NCBI RefSeq assembly: GCF_009914755.1
Contig: NC_060947.1
DNA length: 64,000 bases
Strand: one strand, 5' to 3'
Source of the DNA: the human T2T-CHM13v2.0 reference genome, Homo sapiens
Part shown: positions 14,450 through 28,029 of the stretch, in pieces
Layout: each line of letters begins with the position of its first letter
Numbering within the stretch: the stretch's first letter is position 1
Program-made: the position numbers and the translations under genes
Notes under the pieces: generated by a model
Told to the model about the DNA's origin: nothing
Seen by the model: the letters and a program-made list of their open reading frames with translations, nothing else
Databases searched by the model: none

Positions 14450-15582
14450 TATTGGAGTTCCCCAGGGTTCAGGTCCCCTCTTCTCACTCATTCAGTAGGT
14501 GATTTCATTCTATCTCCATCTCATGGTTTTGCTTACCACTTATATGCTAACTACTCCCAAATTTATATCTAGCCTGGACTTCTCACCTGTATACTCAATT
14601 GCCTACTAAACAACTCTTCTTAGAGATCTAGCAGGCATATCAAATTTAGCTTGTCCCAAACAGGATTCCTAATTTCTCCTGCCTACAAACCTGATCCTCC
14701 AGTCCCCTTCTCCATCTCCATCACCATTGTTCTAGTTGCTCATGCCAAAATCTTTGGAGTCATTCTTCACTTTCTCTTTTTTCTACTCACATCCTATATC
14801 TACTCCACTAGCAAATCCCATGGCTTAACTTTCAAAGCCTATTTAGACTCTGAACACTTTTCCCACCTTCACTACCCACATCCTCTTCTGAGCCACCAGC
14901 ACCAATTACCTGGATCATGGTAACAGCCTAACTGGTCTCCCTGCTTCCACCCTTTTCCTCTCACAGTCTATTCTTATCACAACAGTCAGAAGGATCATTT
15001 AAATATGTAAGTAAGGTCATGTTATTCCCCTGATCAGAACCCTCCATTCACAGTTCCTTCCCTTTCCACTAAGAATGAAATCCCAAAACTTTATCATGTC
15101 CTATAAGGCACTACACAATCTGTTCTTACATCTGATCTCATTTTCTACCACAATTTTCCTCATACATTATAACACTAGCCTGCTTTCTGTTTCTCATGTT
15201 CACCAAACACAGTCCTGCCTCAGGTCCTTTGCACTTGCTGTTTCATCTGTCTGGAACACTCTTGCCTCCAGCTGTCTCCATGACTCCCTCCTTCCCTTCA
15301 TACAGATTTCTACTTAAATGTTACCTTCTTCATAGGTATTTTCTGTCCATCCTATATAAAATGATATTACCTTTCATTTTCTTTTTCTTCTAACCTGTCT
15401 CTACTTATTTTTGCTTTGTCTATTACTATTGGATATTATATTACATATTTGTTTGCTTCTTGTTTTCTTCCCCCCCACTAAAATATGGAATACTGGAGAA
15501 CAGGAACTTTTCTTGCTGTATTTACTGCTGTATCTCTAGTGCATAAAACATAATAAGTGCTCAAAACTATTTCTTGAATGAA
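14450..15582 (+). mobile_element. L2 (L2a-like) 3' portion
   Basis: ggagttccccagggttc (GVPQGS RT remnant), cctaactggtctccctgcttccac, cctcaggtcctttgcacttgctg, and 3' end gtgctcaaaactatttcttgaatgaa. Confidence 0.82.
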
Positions 15583-16794
15583 AATTCTCCTCATAGAGGA
15601 CAAGCACAATCAGGTGAGCAATAGATAACAGGGATTGATAAAAAGAAGATTTGATCTGTGATTTTGTCATGACTAATGTCTTCCCTGAATTAGCTAAATG
15701 CATTTTTTCTTTTCAAGTATTGTTTACTTTCCAGGGTTCGCAAACTCAAAAGACCTCAGGTCCCAGGAAAATACTGAATTTTTTAAGAAGAGGGCTGGAT
15801 ATTAGACAAAATCAAAACATAGACCAGAGAAAACATGCCTTGCTTTAAAAGGGCAACAACTACTTTGTTCTATAAGATTACTGCTGTTTTTGCTGGAATA
15901 TATGCCCAGGGATATGAGAGCTTTGAAGTTTTCAAGTGAAGCTGAAAGACTGGATATGATGTCTTTTAATTTTTAAATATTAGTATTCATTTTTGAAACA
16001 TTGTGTGATCCAACAAAACCAATTTTTTGGCCCATAGTATACCAGTTTGTACTCTCCGTTCTAGGTAGCAGTTAAATGATTTCATTGTGCTTTACAAAAG
16101 TATGCAGTTAATCTTCCCTCACTTGGTCTCCTTAGGAGCTTCTGACAATATAGTGGAAGCCCAAGAAAGAGCAAGAATCCTTATGGAACTGTCATAATTT
16201 TTTTAAGTCAGAACAAGCTCTGGCTTGTTTTGAGAAACTTAAGATATTTCCTTTGGAGTTGGACCTTTTAAGCTTTATCACATCATAGCCTGGCCTCATT
16301 GGCAGTAGTATTCCTACTTGGAATACTAGTATGGCTTGTTTTATGGAACAATAACTTCTTGATGAGCTGTAAGTCAAATATTTAAAATGCCTTAAGTGAT
16401 CATCATGGAGAAGAAACATGATGCATCCTTTCATTAAGTGAAAAGGGCTTTTGTAAAATGAAAACTCACATCTAATATATCCAATTAACAGGATCAAGTT
16501 TTGTAACCTATCCATCTTCTTACCTATCTGTCTTCTGTCTGCACCTACCACTTCCTTATTCTCAGGTGAACAATTTGCCAGTAAGTGCAACTAGCATTTC
16601 AGTAAGAAGTTCATCCTAAATTTTTTCTTTGGTGAGCCAAGAGTCTGAACTTAGGTTCAAGAAATTCTGATAATTATTTCTGTTTCTCTGCACATACTTC
16701 CTTTCTCATAAAACAGGGGCATATCATTGAATCTCTCTCTCTTCATTCTCAGTGCTGCTGCTTCACTCTGTCCCACCATACCTGAATAGAAAAC

Positions 16795-17872
16795 TTTCTA
16801 AGCCTACTCAGGATGCTATAACAAAACACCTTAGACTGGGTAATTTTTAAACATTACAAATTTAGTGCTCACAATCCTAGAGGCCGGGATGTCCAAGATC
16901 AAGGCACCAGCAGATTCATGTCTGGTAGGGGCCTGTTCCTCATTTTTGTCTGAGATATCAGAATGGCCTTCACCATTCATATTTCTACTAATATTCTGAT
17001 CACGACTATTTAGGCAATCTCTAAGATGACTGAGGAATTCTCTACAGCTCTCTTCTTCCAAGCCCTCACCAGAATTGCCCTTAAGGCTCTTTTCATGGCA
17101 ATATACCTCAAATCTCTTCTACCCTCTATCCATTACCCAGTTCCAAAGCTGGTTCCACAACTTTAGGTATTTGTTACAGCAGCACCCCACTTCTCAGTAC
17201 CAATTTCTGTCTTAGTCCATTTGGGCTGCTATAACAAGATACCTTAGACTGGATAGTATATAAACAACAGAAATTGATTGTTCACAGTTCTGGAGGCTAG
17301 GAAGACCAAGATCAAGGTACTAACAGATTTGGTATCTGGTAAGGACCCATTTTGCATAGATGGCACTTTCTTTGTGTCCTCACATGGCAATAGCAGCAAA
17401 CAGGTTTCCTCAGGCATCTCTTATAACAGGCCCCATTTATGAAAGTTCTACCCTCATGATCTAATCACCTCTCACATGCTTCCCTCGTTTTTTATTTTTT
17501 ATTTTTTTAGAAACAGGGCAGGGTCTCAGTCTGTTGCCCAGGCTGAAATGCAGTGGCTCAGTCATAGCACACTGCAGCCTCAAACTCCTGAGCCCAAGTA
17601 ATTCTCCCACCTCAGCCTCCAGAGTAGCTGGGACTACAGACACACCACCATGCCCGACTAATTGTTTAAATTTTTTGTAGAGACAGGGCTTCACTTTGTT
17701 GACCTGGTTGGTCACAAACTCCTGGCTTCAAGCGACCCTCCTGCCCCGGCCTCCCCAAGTGTTGGGATTACAGGCTTGAGCCACTGTGTCTGGCCAGGCC
17801 TCCCTCTTATATAATCACCTTGGGGGTTAGGTTACAACATATGCATTTTGAACAAACATTCAGACCATGACA
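16795..17872 (-). mobile_element. Internally deleted MaLR (MLT1A/MST-like): LTR fragment + internal fragment + LTR containing an Alu
   Basis: Two copies of the LTR end (gctataacaaaacaccttagactgg at about 16812; gctataacaagataccttagactgg at about 17228) flank MaLR-internal sequence ending ccccacttctcagtaccaatttc. Confidence 0.8.
17488..17795 (-). mobile_element. AluJ nested in the MaLR LTR
   Basis: T-rich tail then Alu antisense body; degenerate TSD gcttccctc/gcctccctc. Confidence 0.92.
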
Positions 17873-19259
17873 GAAGCCCTCAGGTGGGATCTCCTAACCT
17901 GCTTCCCAACTTGTGAGTCAGAGGAGCAAGCTCAAACATTCCCTGCATTCCCTCTCTCCAGTCCCTTGGCTTCAGTTGCTATTTGTCCCATTCTATAATG
18001 TCTGATCTTTGTGTTCACAGTGAAGAAATAGGTGGGTTCAAACTAAGAAGGTAAAAAGAGCTACACATGTACTTTGGGTGCCTAGAAAAAGTTACAAGCC
18101 CATAAATATTTGCTGTTCTTGCTACAGCTCTCTTTGTGAAGCATATACAAGACACAGCCCAACTAAAATAACTTTCCATTTTTTAGTCAGTAAATGTCCC
18201 TAGAAGTATAGATCCTGCTGAGATTGAAAATTGCAATTGAAAATAGAAGACAAAAGAAAATCCAGGTGTCATTAGGGTGATGGCAATTCTGCCCTCTGAT
18301 TATAGGATAGATGTTTCCCTTTTGATGTGACTGCCTGGGCTGAATCAAAGAATCTGGTTGAGTCTCTGGGCCTAGGTTCACAGTTTTCAACTTGAACAGC
18401 CATCATTACATAATATCTTTCAAAGACATTTTTATAAAATGGACCCCAAAATCACAAAGGTACTTTTTTCACCATGGTTTTCTTCCATAAATTTACTGCT
18501 GAAAAAATATCTGCTACTTGAGAGCACAAATTGTTCCTGCTGCTGAAGTTTTCCATCTACCTAATAGCAACTCTACTCTGTAAATAACATAGAAATTGCT
18601 GAAAAACTTCCCATTCCACGACTTTTAAAACATTTGAAAGCTCTTCTGACCAGAGAGAGAGACAGAAAGACCAAAAAATTTATAGCATAAAGTGAACATC
18701 TTAAAACAGGAAAAACCTTTTGAATCAAGTCAATTAATGCCCCAAGATGAAAGAGAAGTCAGTTTTCAGAGTAACAAAGAAAACTGTATTGCTCTATTTA
18801 AAATTGGCTTTTAATAATGTATAATTGATGGTGTATATAAGATGGTGAGAAAACAAGTAAAAATTGTGATTTGCAGCCCACAGAGATTTCTTAAGAAAGC
18901 CTGCTTTATCCCCAACATAGGCAGAGGCAGAGGAAGGTAGTGGTTCCTGGAGAGCCACGTTTTACATAGAGGGCAGGAAGCATTGCTAATTATGTGGTGA
19001 AATTTTTTTTTTACCTGAAATTTTGTGGCTTAGTTTTTTAAAAGACCACCTCCTGCAGCAGGCATGACAGACACATATTCCAATTTCCTACCCCTATTCA
19101 TTGTGTGTGCCCTCACAATATTCCTTGTTGGCATATTTTGTCCTTCACAGCAGCCCCACTCTCTTCCTTTTTCTATCCTTCCCCCTCTCTCCATACTCAA
19201 AAAGAGTGACATTTATTTGTGTTTCTTACATTTCCATTCTATGACTCTCCTGATTGGCT

Positions 19260-19261
<2 letters not shown>

Positions 19262-19304
<43 letters not shown>

Positions 19305-19305
19305 A

Positions 19306-19363
<58 letters not shown>

Positions 19364-19398
19364 TATATACACACATATATACACACATATATATATAT
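19262..19398. repeat. Compound microsatellite (CT)n(GT)n(AT)n(AC)n(ATATACAC)n
   Basis: Directly visible. Confidence 0.98.
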
Positions 19399-20770
19399 TC
19401 TTTTTTATAAAATATAAACTACTAAATGGATCTTGTTATATTGAGCCTGGCTAATTTCTCTTAAGCAATAATCCTGTATAGACATAAGGGACATTCCTAG
19501 AGAAAGGTTGACAGTCTGGCTTTCAAGAGTGACAGACTGTCAATGGTCAGCAATTTGATTTTGACAGTGCCCCAGAATTGATCCATCCAGGAAGACTGAC
19601 TGATGCCAACTAAACTCACAAGGAACTGATGTACAAACTAGATTGTCTCTCTCTTTTCCAGTTTCCAGTTACATGGTAAGCTGAATTAGTACTAAAATAG
19701 TCACTTGGTAATTATGTAATTACGTTAAAGGGAGGTTAGGTAATCTTGTAGGTAATTTTATCTAATTATAATGAGACCGATAATGTCCCTGTGGAAAATA
19801 CGTCTCTGGTCTGATGTCTCTCAGATTCAGTATTTTTCCTATGGACATTGCTGAACTCACATTCTAGATTCTCCTCTGACTTCCCATTTTCTCTAAATTT
19901 CATGATACCATACCATCTTTTGATGATACACTCTTTATATTTATTAATATCACTGATTAACTACAGGTTAAGTCACTGTTCCCTGAGCCTGGGAGACATT
20001 ATGTCTTCTTCCATTATATTTTGATTTAATTGTTCCAATGCTCAGAGTTCTAGGGATGCCCCCCTGGAGCAGCCTAAGTCTGCTATCAGGTAGGCTGGTG
20101 TTGGCTGAAGAGGCCAAGTGATTAGCCTGGATTTCTCATTCTGTTTTAGCTCCATTGGGCATATTATATCACATATATATTATTACAGTCATTTATTCAA
20201 ATAAGTAGGGGAAATGGATAAGCTAATTTTACCTGCTTACCTTATATTGGATTATGTTCTACTGGGGTTAAATGAAACAGTTAAATCCTGCAAACTCATT
20301 AGATTTTATTTGATTCTGAAAGTAATTTTATGATGTTGTTCTGCAAAAGAATAGGGCCTGTGGCCTGAGAAGTACTAGATGGTAATCTTGCTAAACCAAT
20401 AAGATAATTAAACAGAAATAAGAAAATATTGGCCTTGGACCCAGAATAAAGTAGCTTTAATAGTTCCCTGAAATACATTTAGAGCAAAAGCATATATGTG
20501 ACATCTTAGATGCGTTCAAAACGAATTGAGAGCAACTATTCCTTTTCAGATAGACTTACCACTTTTAATAGTAAATTAATCAAATTTTAAATAGTTTATT
20601 TTACAAAAATTTGATTCATACAAATGTATCAAGAGCAAAGCTACTGCATTAAGCAAGAATTTTCTGGAAAGGAAAACAGAATGTTAGTACATCTTATATA
20701 CTAGAAATATGGGAAGATCCCAAGTGTTGCTGATTTAATTACCTTTTCCTGTTTATTCTGTTCGCTCCAG

Positions 20771-20914
20771 ATTTAATCTATAAAATTGAGCTTGCAGGGG
20801 GCCTGGGAGCAATCTTCCTCCTCCTTGTACTGCTGGTGGTCATTTACAAATGCTACAACATTGAATTGATGCTCTTCTACAGGCAGCACTTTGGAGCTGA
20901 TGAAACTAATGATG
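20771..20914 (+). CDS. IL1RAPL2: IL1RAPL2 transmembrane exon (probably exon 9); not in the ORF track
   Basis: Polypyrimidine tract then ctccag|AT; donor GATG|gtaagc; 144 nt, phase 1-1. Translates (D)[47 protein letters not shown], containing a hydrophobic helix. Confidence 0.96.
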
Positions 20915-20964
20915 GTAAGCTGTCTTCTATTGTTCAAATTCCATTAAACGGCATGCATTTGTGA

Positions 20965-21200
20965 TTATGTAAGAGAACTTCCCTATTTTTAGAAAGTATA
21001 AGCTGAAATATTTAGGGGTAAAGGGCTATGGCAAGTTACTTACCTTTAAATAGTTTAGAAGACTTACCAAGAAAAAGAGAAAAGAGGAGAATATATTGAC
21101 AATAGGTAAATCTGAGTAAATGCTATGTATGTTTTTTGAAATGGTTTTATTTTTATAATATTCCTATACATTTGACTTTATTTCCAATAAAAAGTTTAAC
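20965..21200 (+). mobile_element. L1ME-like 3' end fragment
   Basis: ctgaaatatttaggggtaaagg...tttccaataaaaagtt resembles L1ME 3' ends. Confidence 0.55.
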
Positions 21201-22063
21201 AATGAGACATTAGTTGCTCAGGAGATAAAACAATTGCTGTCAAATCCCTCCCCCTTAGTAAGAAGCAAATTAAGAATCAATTCCAATTTTTTTCAGAAAA
21301 TGCAAACTTAAGTACAGATCATTTATAGCCATTGCTGCCATCTACAAAACAAGCAATCATGCAAGAAACAGATTGAAAGCTATGGAGATAATCCTTTTAA
21401 AGCTCAAAGTACATGTATCTACATATTTTGAATGCTTATAGCACCATTCTCAAAGGTGACCTGAAAGAATAAAAATTCAGAGTGTAGCTCATAATTTTCT
21501 TATATTTGCTGTTTATGAATTTTGAAAATCTTATGAGTGAAATATCGATAAAGCAGTGTACTGAGCTTTGTTTCTTTGAACATTTAAAATGATTTAATTT
21601 TTTTCAAGAGTACAAACTGCCATGTTTCCAATCAAAATCAATAAGAAATCATGGCATGTAGCTTCTTATACATAAAGTTCTCATCCCGAAACTGCTGTAA
21701 GCCTTGGAAATGTGTATAGAATGCCACAGGTAAGCCAAAAATTTTTTAGAAAGTAGTCCAATTTGGAAAACATTAGTTTAAAAAGACAGACTTAAAACTG
21801 AGTTTTCATTGTACCAAAATAAGTAAGGTTGAGGCTTTTGTTTATTTTTTTGAGTTGGTGGTCTTACCTCAAAAAAGAGAAATTCACAGTTTTGATTTTA
21901 ATTTTATAGTGATAGATGTAATGTCAAAATTTTTGAGGAATCTGATTTTGGTCTTATTGTTACTATTATGTGAATGATCATATGGGTGGGTTTTAATTGA
22001 CTTTCATATTTTCATAGTAAATTACAGAAATTCTTTTTTTTTTGTTAACTGCAAAGCAATGTG

Positions 22064-22250
22064 TGTTTTTTGTTTTGTTTTGTTTTGTCTTTTTTTTTTT
22101 TTTTGAGACAGAGTCTCACTGTCACCCAGGCTGGAGTGCAGTGGTGCAATCCTGGCTCACTGCAGCCTCGAACTCCTGTACTCAAGCAATCCTCCTGCCT
22201 CAGCCTCCTGAGTAGCTGAGATTACAGGTGCATGCCACCATGCCTGGCCA

Positions 22251-22293
<43 letters not shown>

Positions 22294-22415
22294 TCTTGTA
22301 AAGACAGGGTCTCACCTTGTTACCTAGGCTGGTCTCAAATTCTTGCATTCAAGTAATCCTCTGGACTTAGCCTCCAAAAGTGCTGGGATTACAGACATTA
22401 GCCACTGCACCTGGC
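22064..22415 (-). mobile_element. AluJ with (TTA)n expansion in the central linker
   Basis: Antisense Alu body; (TTA) run at about 22253-22293; (TTTTG)n/T tail. Confidence 0.93.
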
Positions 22416-22800
22416 GTGAAATGCTTTTTGATGAGTACATATGCATGCTCATTTGCTCATTTTCAAATCTACACATTTACTCAGCAATTACAGCAGCCAG
22501 TTTAAAAGTACTACAGACTCTTATTCAGACATATCTTAGAAATGAAAAATTAAGGCCTATTCCAATAATTATTGTATACACTGACAATATATATGGAAAT
22601 ATGATCAATTACCCTCAGTTCTTCCTCTATACAACAGTTAATATTGAAAAATCTTGACTTCTTATCTGTACACAGAAAAAAAAACTAGAGAGAATGTGTT
22701 ACTGAGGGAAATGTCCCTGGTTCCCAGGTGCCAGCAAGTGGCTAAACTATCCAATTGTGAAGGTAAAAGATGTATTATCTATGTAAAAGAACATAAAAGG

Positions 22801-23113
22801 GGCCAGGCACAGTAGCTCACAAAATCTCAGCACTTTGGAAGACCTAAGCAGGAGGATTGTTTGAGCCCAGGAGTTCAAGACCAGCCTGAGCAACATAGGG
22901 AGACCTCATCTCTACAAAAATTAGTTTAAAAAATATTAGTTGGGCATGGTGGTGCATGCCTTTGGTACCAGATAGTCGTGGGGGCCGAGTCAAGAGAATC
23001 GCTTGAATCCAGGAGTTCAGGGTTGCAGTGAGCTATGATCGCACCACTGCACTCTGGCCTGGGCGACAGAGTGAGACCCTGTATCTAAAAGAAAAAAGAA
23101 TAAAATAAATAAA
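22801..23113 (+). mobile_element. AluJ
   Basis: ggccaggcacagtagctcac...gagcccaggagttcaagaccagcc...gagctatgatcgcaccactgcac plus A-rich tail. Confidence 0.93.
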
Positions 23114-26100
23114 AATATGAAAGGGAGGCTTCTGTGATTAATATGTTTTGAGTCCTGATAATATGCAGTTTGTTAATCTCTAAGATTATACAATTTATTA
23201 TGTTAATCTACAATAATTAATTACCTTCATCACTGATACCCAATAACCTAGACTAACTGATCAGTTGTAGTACATATTTGTAAGATTAATTTTATGCTGA
23301 TATGATATAATTTTTCAGGAATTAAATATTCCACTTTGCATCTTTATCTGCAATGTGGCTCATGGTTTCAAAGGTGTCCAGTAATATAGAGCATTTTGAT
23401 TACATAATTTTATGTATTGATTCCAAATTCATTGTTTGGGGGGAAATGCAATATGGGGAGAGGGTACTTCAAGTGTTTTCATTAGGAAGGATGGTTAAAA
23501 TATTTTATTTTTCTGCATAGAACCTTGGACTTTAAGTATATAACCTCTGTATTAGCTTCAGTGGAATACTAAAAAGTCAACATGTATATGGTGAAAATGA
23601 ATAAATGAATTTTAACTGCCTTTTGGAAATCTACAGTTACAGAATGCCAAATGTCATCCAGATAATCTATCAAGTTTTTCATTTCACTATTGAAATATTT
23701 TGACATAACATAGACACAACTTAATTTTAACCATATGCTTTTTCTTCATGCTCTATGACAATATCTATAATAGTATTTCCTAAAAGTTATTATAAAAATG
23801 CCTGATTTTGTATAAAATAAAATCCATCCAACAAACTTTAACTTCTTAGCCATGTTTAAAATTTAATTCATTTTATTTCACCCCACCAATGATTGCTTCA
23901 TTTATTTAACCTTTCAGTTTTTCAGTCATTAAATATTTAAGTGTCTACTAAATGGCAGGGACTATGCATGACGCATTTACTTATATTCTTCATCTGGATC
24001 AACACTGCAGTCACACACACACACACACATACTATAGTAGGTAGTAGGTATATAATAATCAACAAGATTACACAGTATTTGCTCTGTAGAAACTAGGAGT
24101 TTAGCACTCTGTTTAGCACAGCTGCGGAACAACTGAGTTATAAACACAAATGGCTTCTTGATAGGGAACAGGATTCGAATCAGATTTTAAAACAGAAAAG
24201 GACAGACGTAACAATAGGAAAATTCTTCTACAAAACGTTTCGTTATCTTCCTTATAACTTCTCTCTTTATTAGGAACAGCATACCTATGGTAACCACTGT
24301 GCCAGCCCTCTTCCTTACACTGTTCTGTCTGCATTGTGCTCTATTTCCTGGTTCCTCAGATGAGCTTAGGCAGCATGATTTAGCACAAAGGAAGGCTCAT
24401 TAGCCTTGCCTAGAAAAGTGGTGCTGCTGAACAGCCTTTTGGTTTAGAAACTATTTTCAGGCCTTGCTGTTAACCTTATTTGCATCATGTTGTTGATTTT
24501 GCTTTATCTATCTTGCTCCTCTTTGTGAGCAACAGCTGCAGCTATTCATGAGGTTTTCTTGGCTGTCTACATAAGGCTGAAGTGCATTATTTAAACTGTA
24601 GCATCCGTGTCACTGCTGGCTCACTAGCTGGTATCCTAGAGCTTTTGGGACATCTGACATGGTGGCTTTGAGAGCTGTCTTCCTGCTCTGGCCAGCCACC
24701 ATAAGCTCTTCACCTTTAGTTCATCTTAAAGGGACACGAATGAAACCAGAAGCATTCATTTTTTCAACGAATGGTGTGCTTCTAGAATGCGAGGTAAAAT
24801 TTATAATCCAGATGTGTTGGGTGTTAATACGTACCAAGGACATGCATGCTCTTTGTCACATCTTAGAAAATGTAAGTATAGAAGTACTTTCTAGGGGTAA
24901 GTCTTTGTAGCATTGAACTGCAATATCAGAATATAGGTGGAGCCAGTAAGGACAGAACCAAGAATATGTGAGTTTAGTATGTTTGGAAGACAAATAACCA
25001 TAGTACAAGCAATAGGACAGGAGTCTAGAAGGTCTGGTCAGATGGGTAAAGAAGTCAAGTAGCCATTGCAGATGCTCAACAAATAATTGTTGAATGAATT
25101 AATAAGTGGTTCAATTTAGGGAGGTTTGTGAAATAGGAAAGTTATCAAAGTCAGAGAGAGTAACAGGGTCTGGTCTGACATTATGGAGTTTGAGGCAGCA
25201 ACACTATCTATCAAGAACAATGAAATATATTCTGCTCATGTGAATGGAGCTATTTGTCCTTTGGCCTATTTTATTCTTCCAGCTGTGTATCATCGGCAGC
25301 CCTGAGTCCCAGGTGAGTAATTATAGCTGGAGAAAGTCAGGGGCCTGCAGGTGTATCCTGCACGTGATTGGAACAAGGGCAGAGGTGCTAGGATTACCAG
25401 GAGGTTCTTACATTAGCATTGCTTATGAACATTCTCACTTCCAAGCAGAATTTTATGCACAACAGTGGAATGCGCCCAACTTGTAAGCGAAATGATCTCA
25501 ACTACCCAGGGCAGTCCTTCATGTACATCTGCTTCCAGGCAATCAAGTAATCCAACCAAGGTTTATGGAAGCCTTTTGCAGCCAGAAAAGATGCTAAAGA
25601 GTATTAACCCTTTCTCCTTCCTTCAGGCACCATCTTAATACAAATAACCAGAATTTCTTTTGTTTCAGAGTGGTGAAGGCTAAAATCTTACTAAAATTAG
25701 AACAACATAATCCTACTTCAGAGATAGGGAGGTCTCATCTACTCCTAAAAGAGGGTATCTACAGCACATCATATGTCTATCATTTATTCCTCCTTCAGCA
25801 TGTAGAATGAAATCATGGTGTGGGTTATGCTGGAAGTAAATGAGTGGCTGCTTCATTTTATAAATTACCTTTTGGTCAGGTTTTAGATATGTTCTAATTA
25901 GGTATGTTTTAATAGAAAATATTGATGTGTTTGAGAAACAAATCCTGAAATTTTTAACAGTCTTTCGCAGTTATTATTTGTAAGTAACTGGGTTTACGAA
26001 TAGTTCACATGAGTCTGTGCTCACTACATTAACTTAAAAAAATTTTTTTTAATAAGGGAATTTTGAAAATCTCACTATAACTTTTTCAGTATGGATGTGG

Positions 26101-26986
26101 CCCATCTAAAACCTTCAGAAACTAATACCTCAAGTAGCTATGTTCATTAACATTTTGCAGGAAAAAAAATTGTATGCATACATGCACATTTTCTCTCTGG
26201 AGAGACTGGCTCTGAGCCAATACAGCAAAAGAGGAAAAAATACACTTGCAAAGCACAGTTAACTCCCTGACTAAATGTGTGGAGGGAAAATCTAATTTGG
26301 CAATACTGGACGGATGTATATTTTGAAACAAAGGCTTCTTTTGGAAGCTTGTGTCATATTAGTTGGCCATGAACTGAACAAGAATAACAGGTAACGCACT
26401 TGTATAAAACCCAGCTGCTGTCTCTAATATTTGGTAATGAACTGCTTTTTGTATATGAAGATGATGACACTAACCAACTGGAACTATGGCATGTGCTGTG
26501 AACAGTGTCTCCAGGAGCAAGGCTGGATTATTTCAATCTTCCACACTCTAGGGCCCAGCCCCTGTTGGATCTTTTGCACATATTTGTGCAAACAAGGTAT
26601 AGTCTGTGGCCAAGTAACAGAGCCAAGCCAACTGGAAAATAAAGGGGTTAAATCCATGACTTTGGTCTATTTAGTCCTGCATTCAAACACACTGAGCTAA
26701 TCATTCACACATCATTGAGTATTACAAATGCATATAGTCACTGAAAGTCACAAATAATAATTCTCTCTTTTATTCTGTTCTGACTATAGGTGGCCCATTG
26801 CATAAGTTTCAATTCATATATGACTAGGTTATTTTGAAAGGGATTAGATTTCCTATAACATGGCATGTGACTTATTTTTTTCCAATTATTAAAGACGGTC
26901 ACTAATTATTGTGCTATTCCTGCCTCTTAGTACTCAAAGAGAACCTGTTAATAGTTACAACCCTTTTGTTGTTCTTTATGTTTAAG

Positions 26987-27157
26987 ACAACAAGGAATAT
27001 GATGCCTATCTCTCTTACACAAAAGTGGACCAAGATACTTTAGACTGTGACAATCCTGAAGAAGAGCAGTTTGCTCTTGAAGTACTGCCAGATGTCCTGG
27101 AAAAACACTATGGATATAAACTCTTCATCCCAGAAAGAGACCTGATTCCAAGTGGAA
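26987..27157 (+). CDS. IL1RAPL2: IL1RAPL2 TIR domain N-terminal exon (probably exon 10)
   Basis: Acceptor tttaag|AC, donor GGAA|gtaagt; 171 nt, phase 1-1. Translates (D)[56 protein letters not shown], with TIR box 1 (YDAYLSY) and box 2 ([13 protein letters not shown]). Confidence 0.96.
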
Positions 27158-28029
27158 GTAAGTACTTTCAAATTTTGTGTTTAAAACGTTCTGTTTCTTT
27201 TAGGATGTTATGTGAAGGCTTCAAACATCAGAGCCAAGTATTTAGACAGTTGTTTCTCACAGTAGAGTTTCTTAAATCCAAATTTTTCCCATATGCCTGT
27301 GTTCTGACTTTCTAGCACCTGAATATTTTTAAAGGCATTCTCACTAATATTTTGGGTATGATTTCTAAATTGTGCCATAATGGTCATTTTTATTATATTG
27401 CCTTAGTATCCTGAAAAGCATTATGATCTTTTAAAAAAATCTGTAAAAGTTAGTTAAAGCCTTTTCAATATATTTCAGTTGCAAAGCTGGTCTTCTGTCA
27501 CTGAGGGTCTACTTATACCTACAATTATTGTTACTAATGGCTTTGAATCTATGCCTTTCAACCTTGTTATTCATTATGCCTTGTCACTTATTTCCAGATT
27601 TATGGAAAAATCCACTTAAAAAGGTATATGAGGCCATTGGGTACAGCACTCTCACTGTGTACTTAAATTATTTTCAAGACACTTGAATGCTAGGCTTGAA
27701 TGCTATTTTTAAGTTATGCTACACATTGAAGACTATATTGAGGCTTTCAGAATAAATTCAGTTTCAAGGCAAAATATGTAGTTTTTTCCCATTAACATCC
27801 AGAGTGCATACACATACACAGTAAAGTATAAGGGGAACACAGAGAAATCTAAGACATAGTCCCTGCTCTCGAAGAGCTTAAAATGCCATTGAGGAAAATA
27901 TAAGTTCTAGAACTTATTTGCATATAAGTACTAATATCCTTGAGAGGGGAAGATTGAACTGGTAACTACAAATCATAACATGTTACTTTCAACATGTGAT
28001 AATAACAAAATAAAAAGCTTATATTACCA

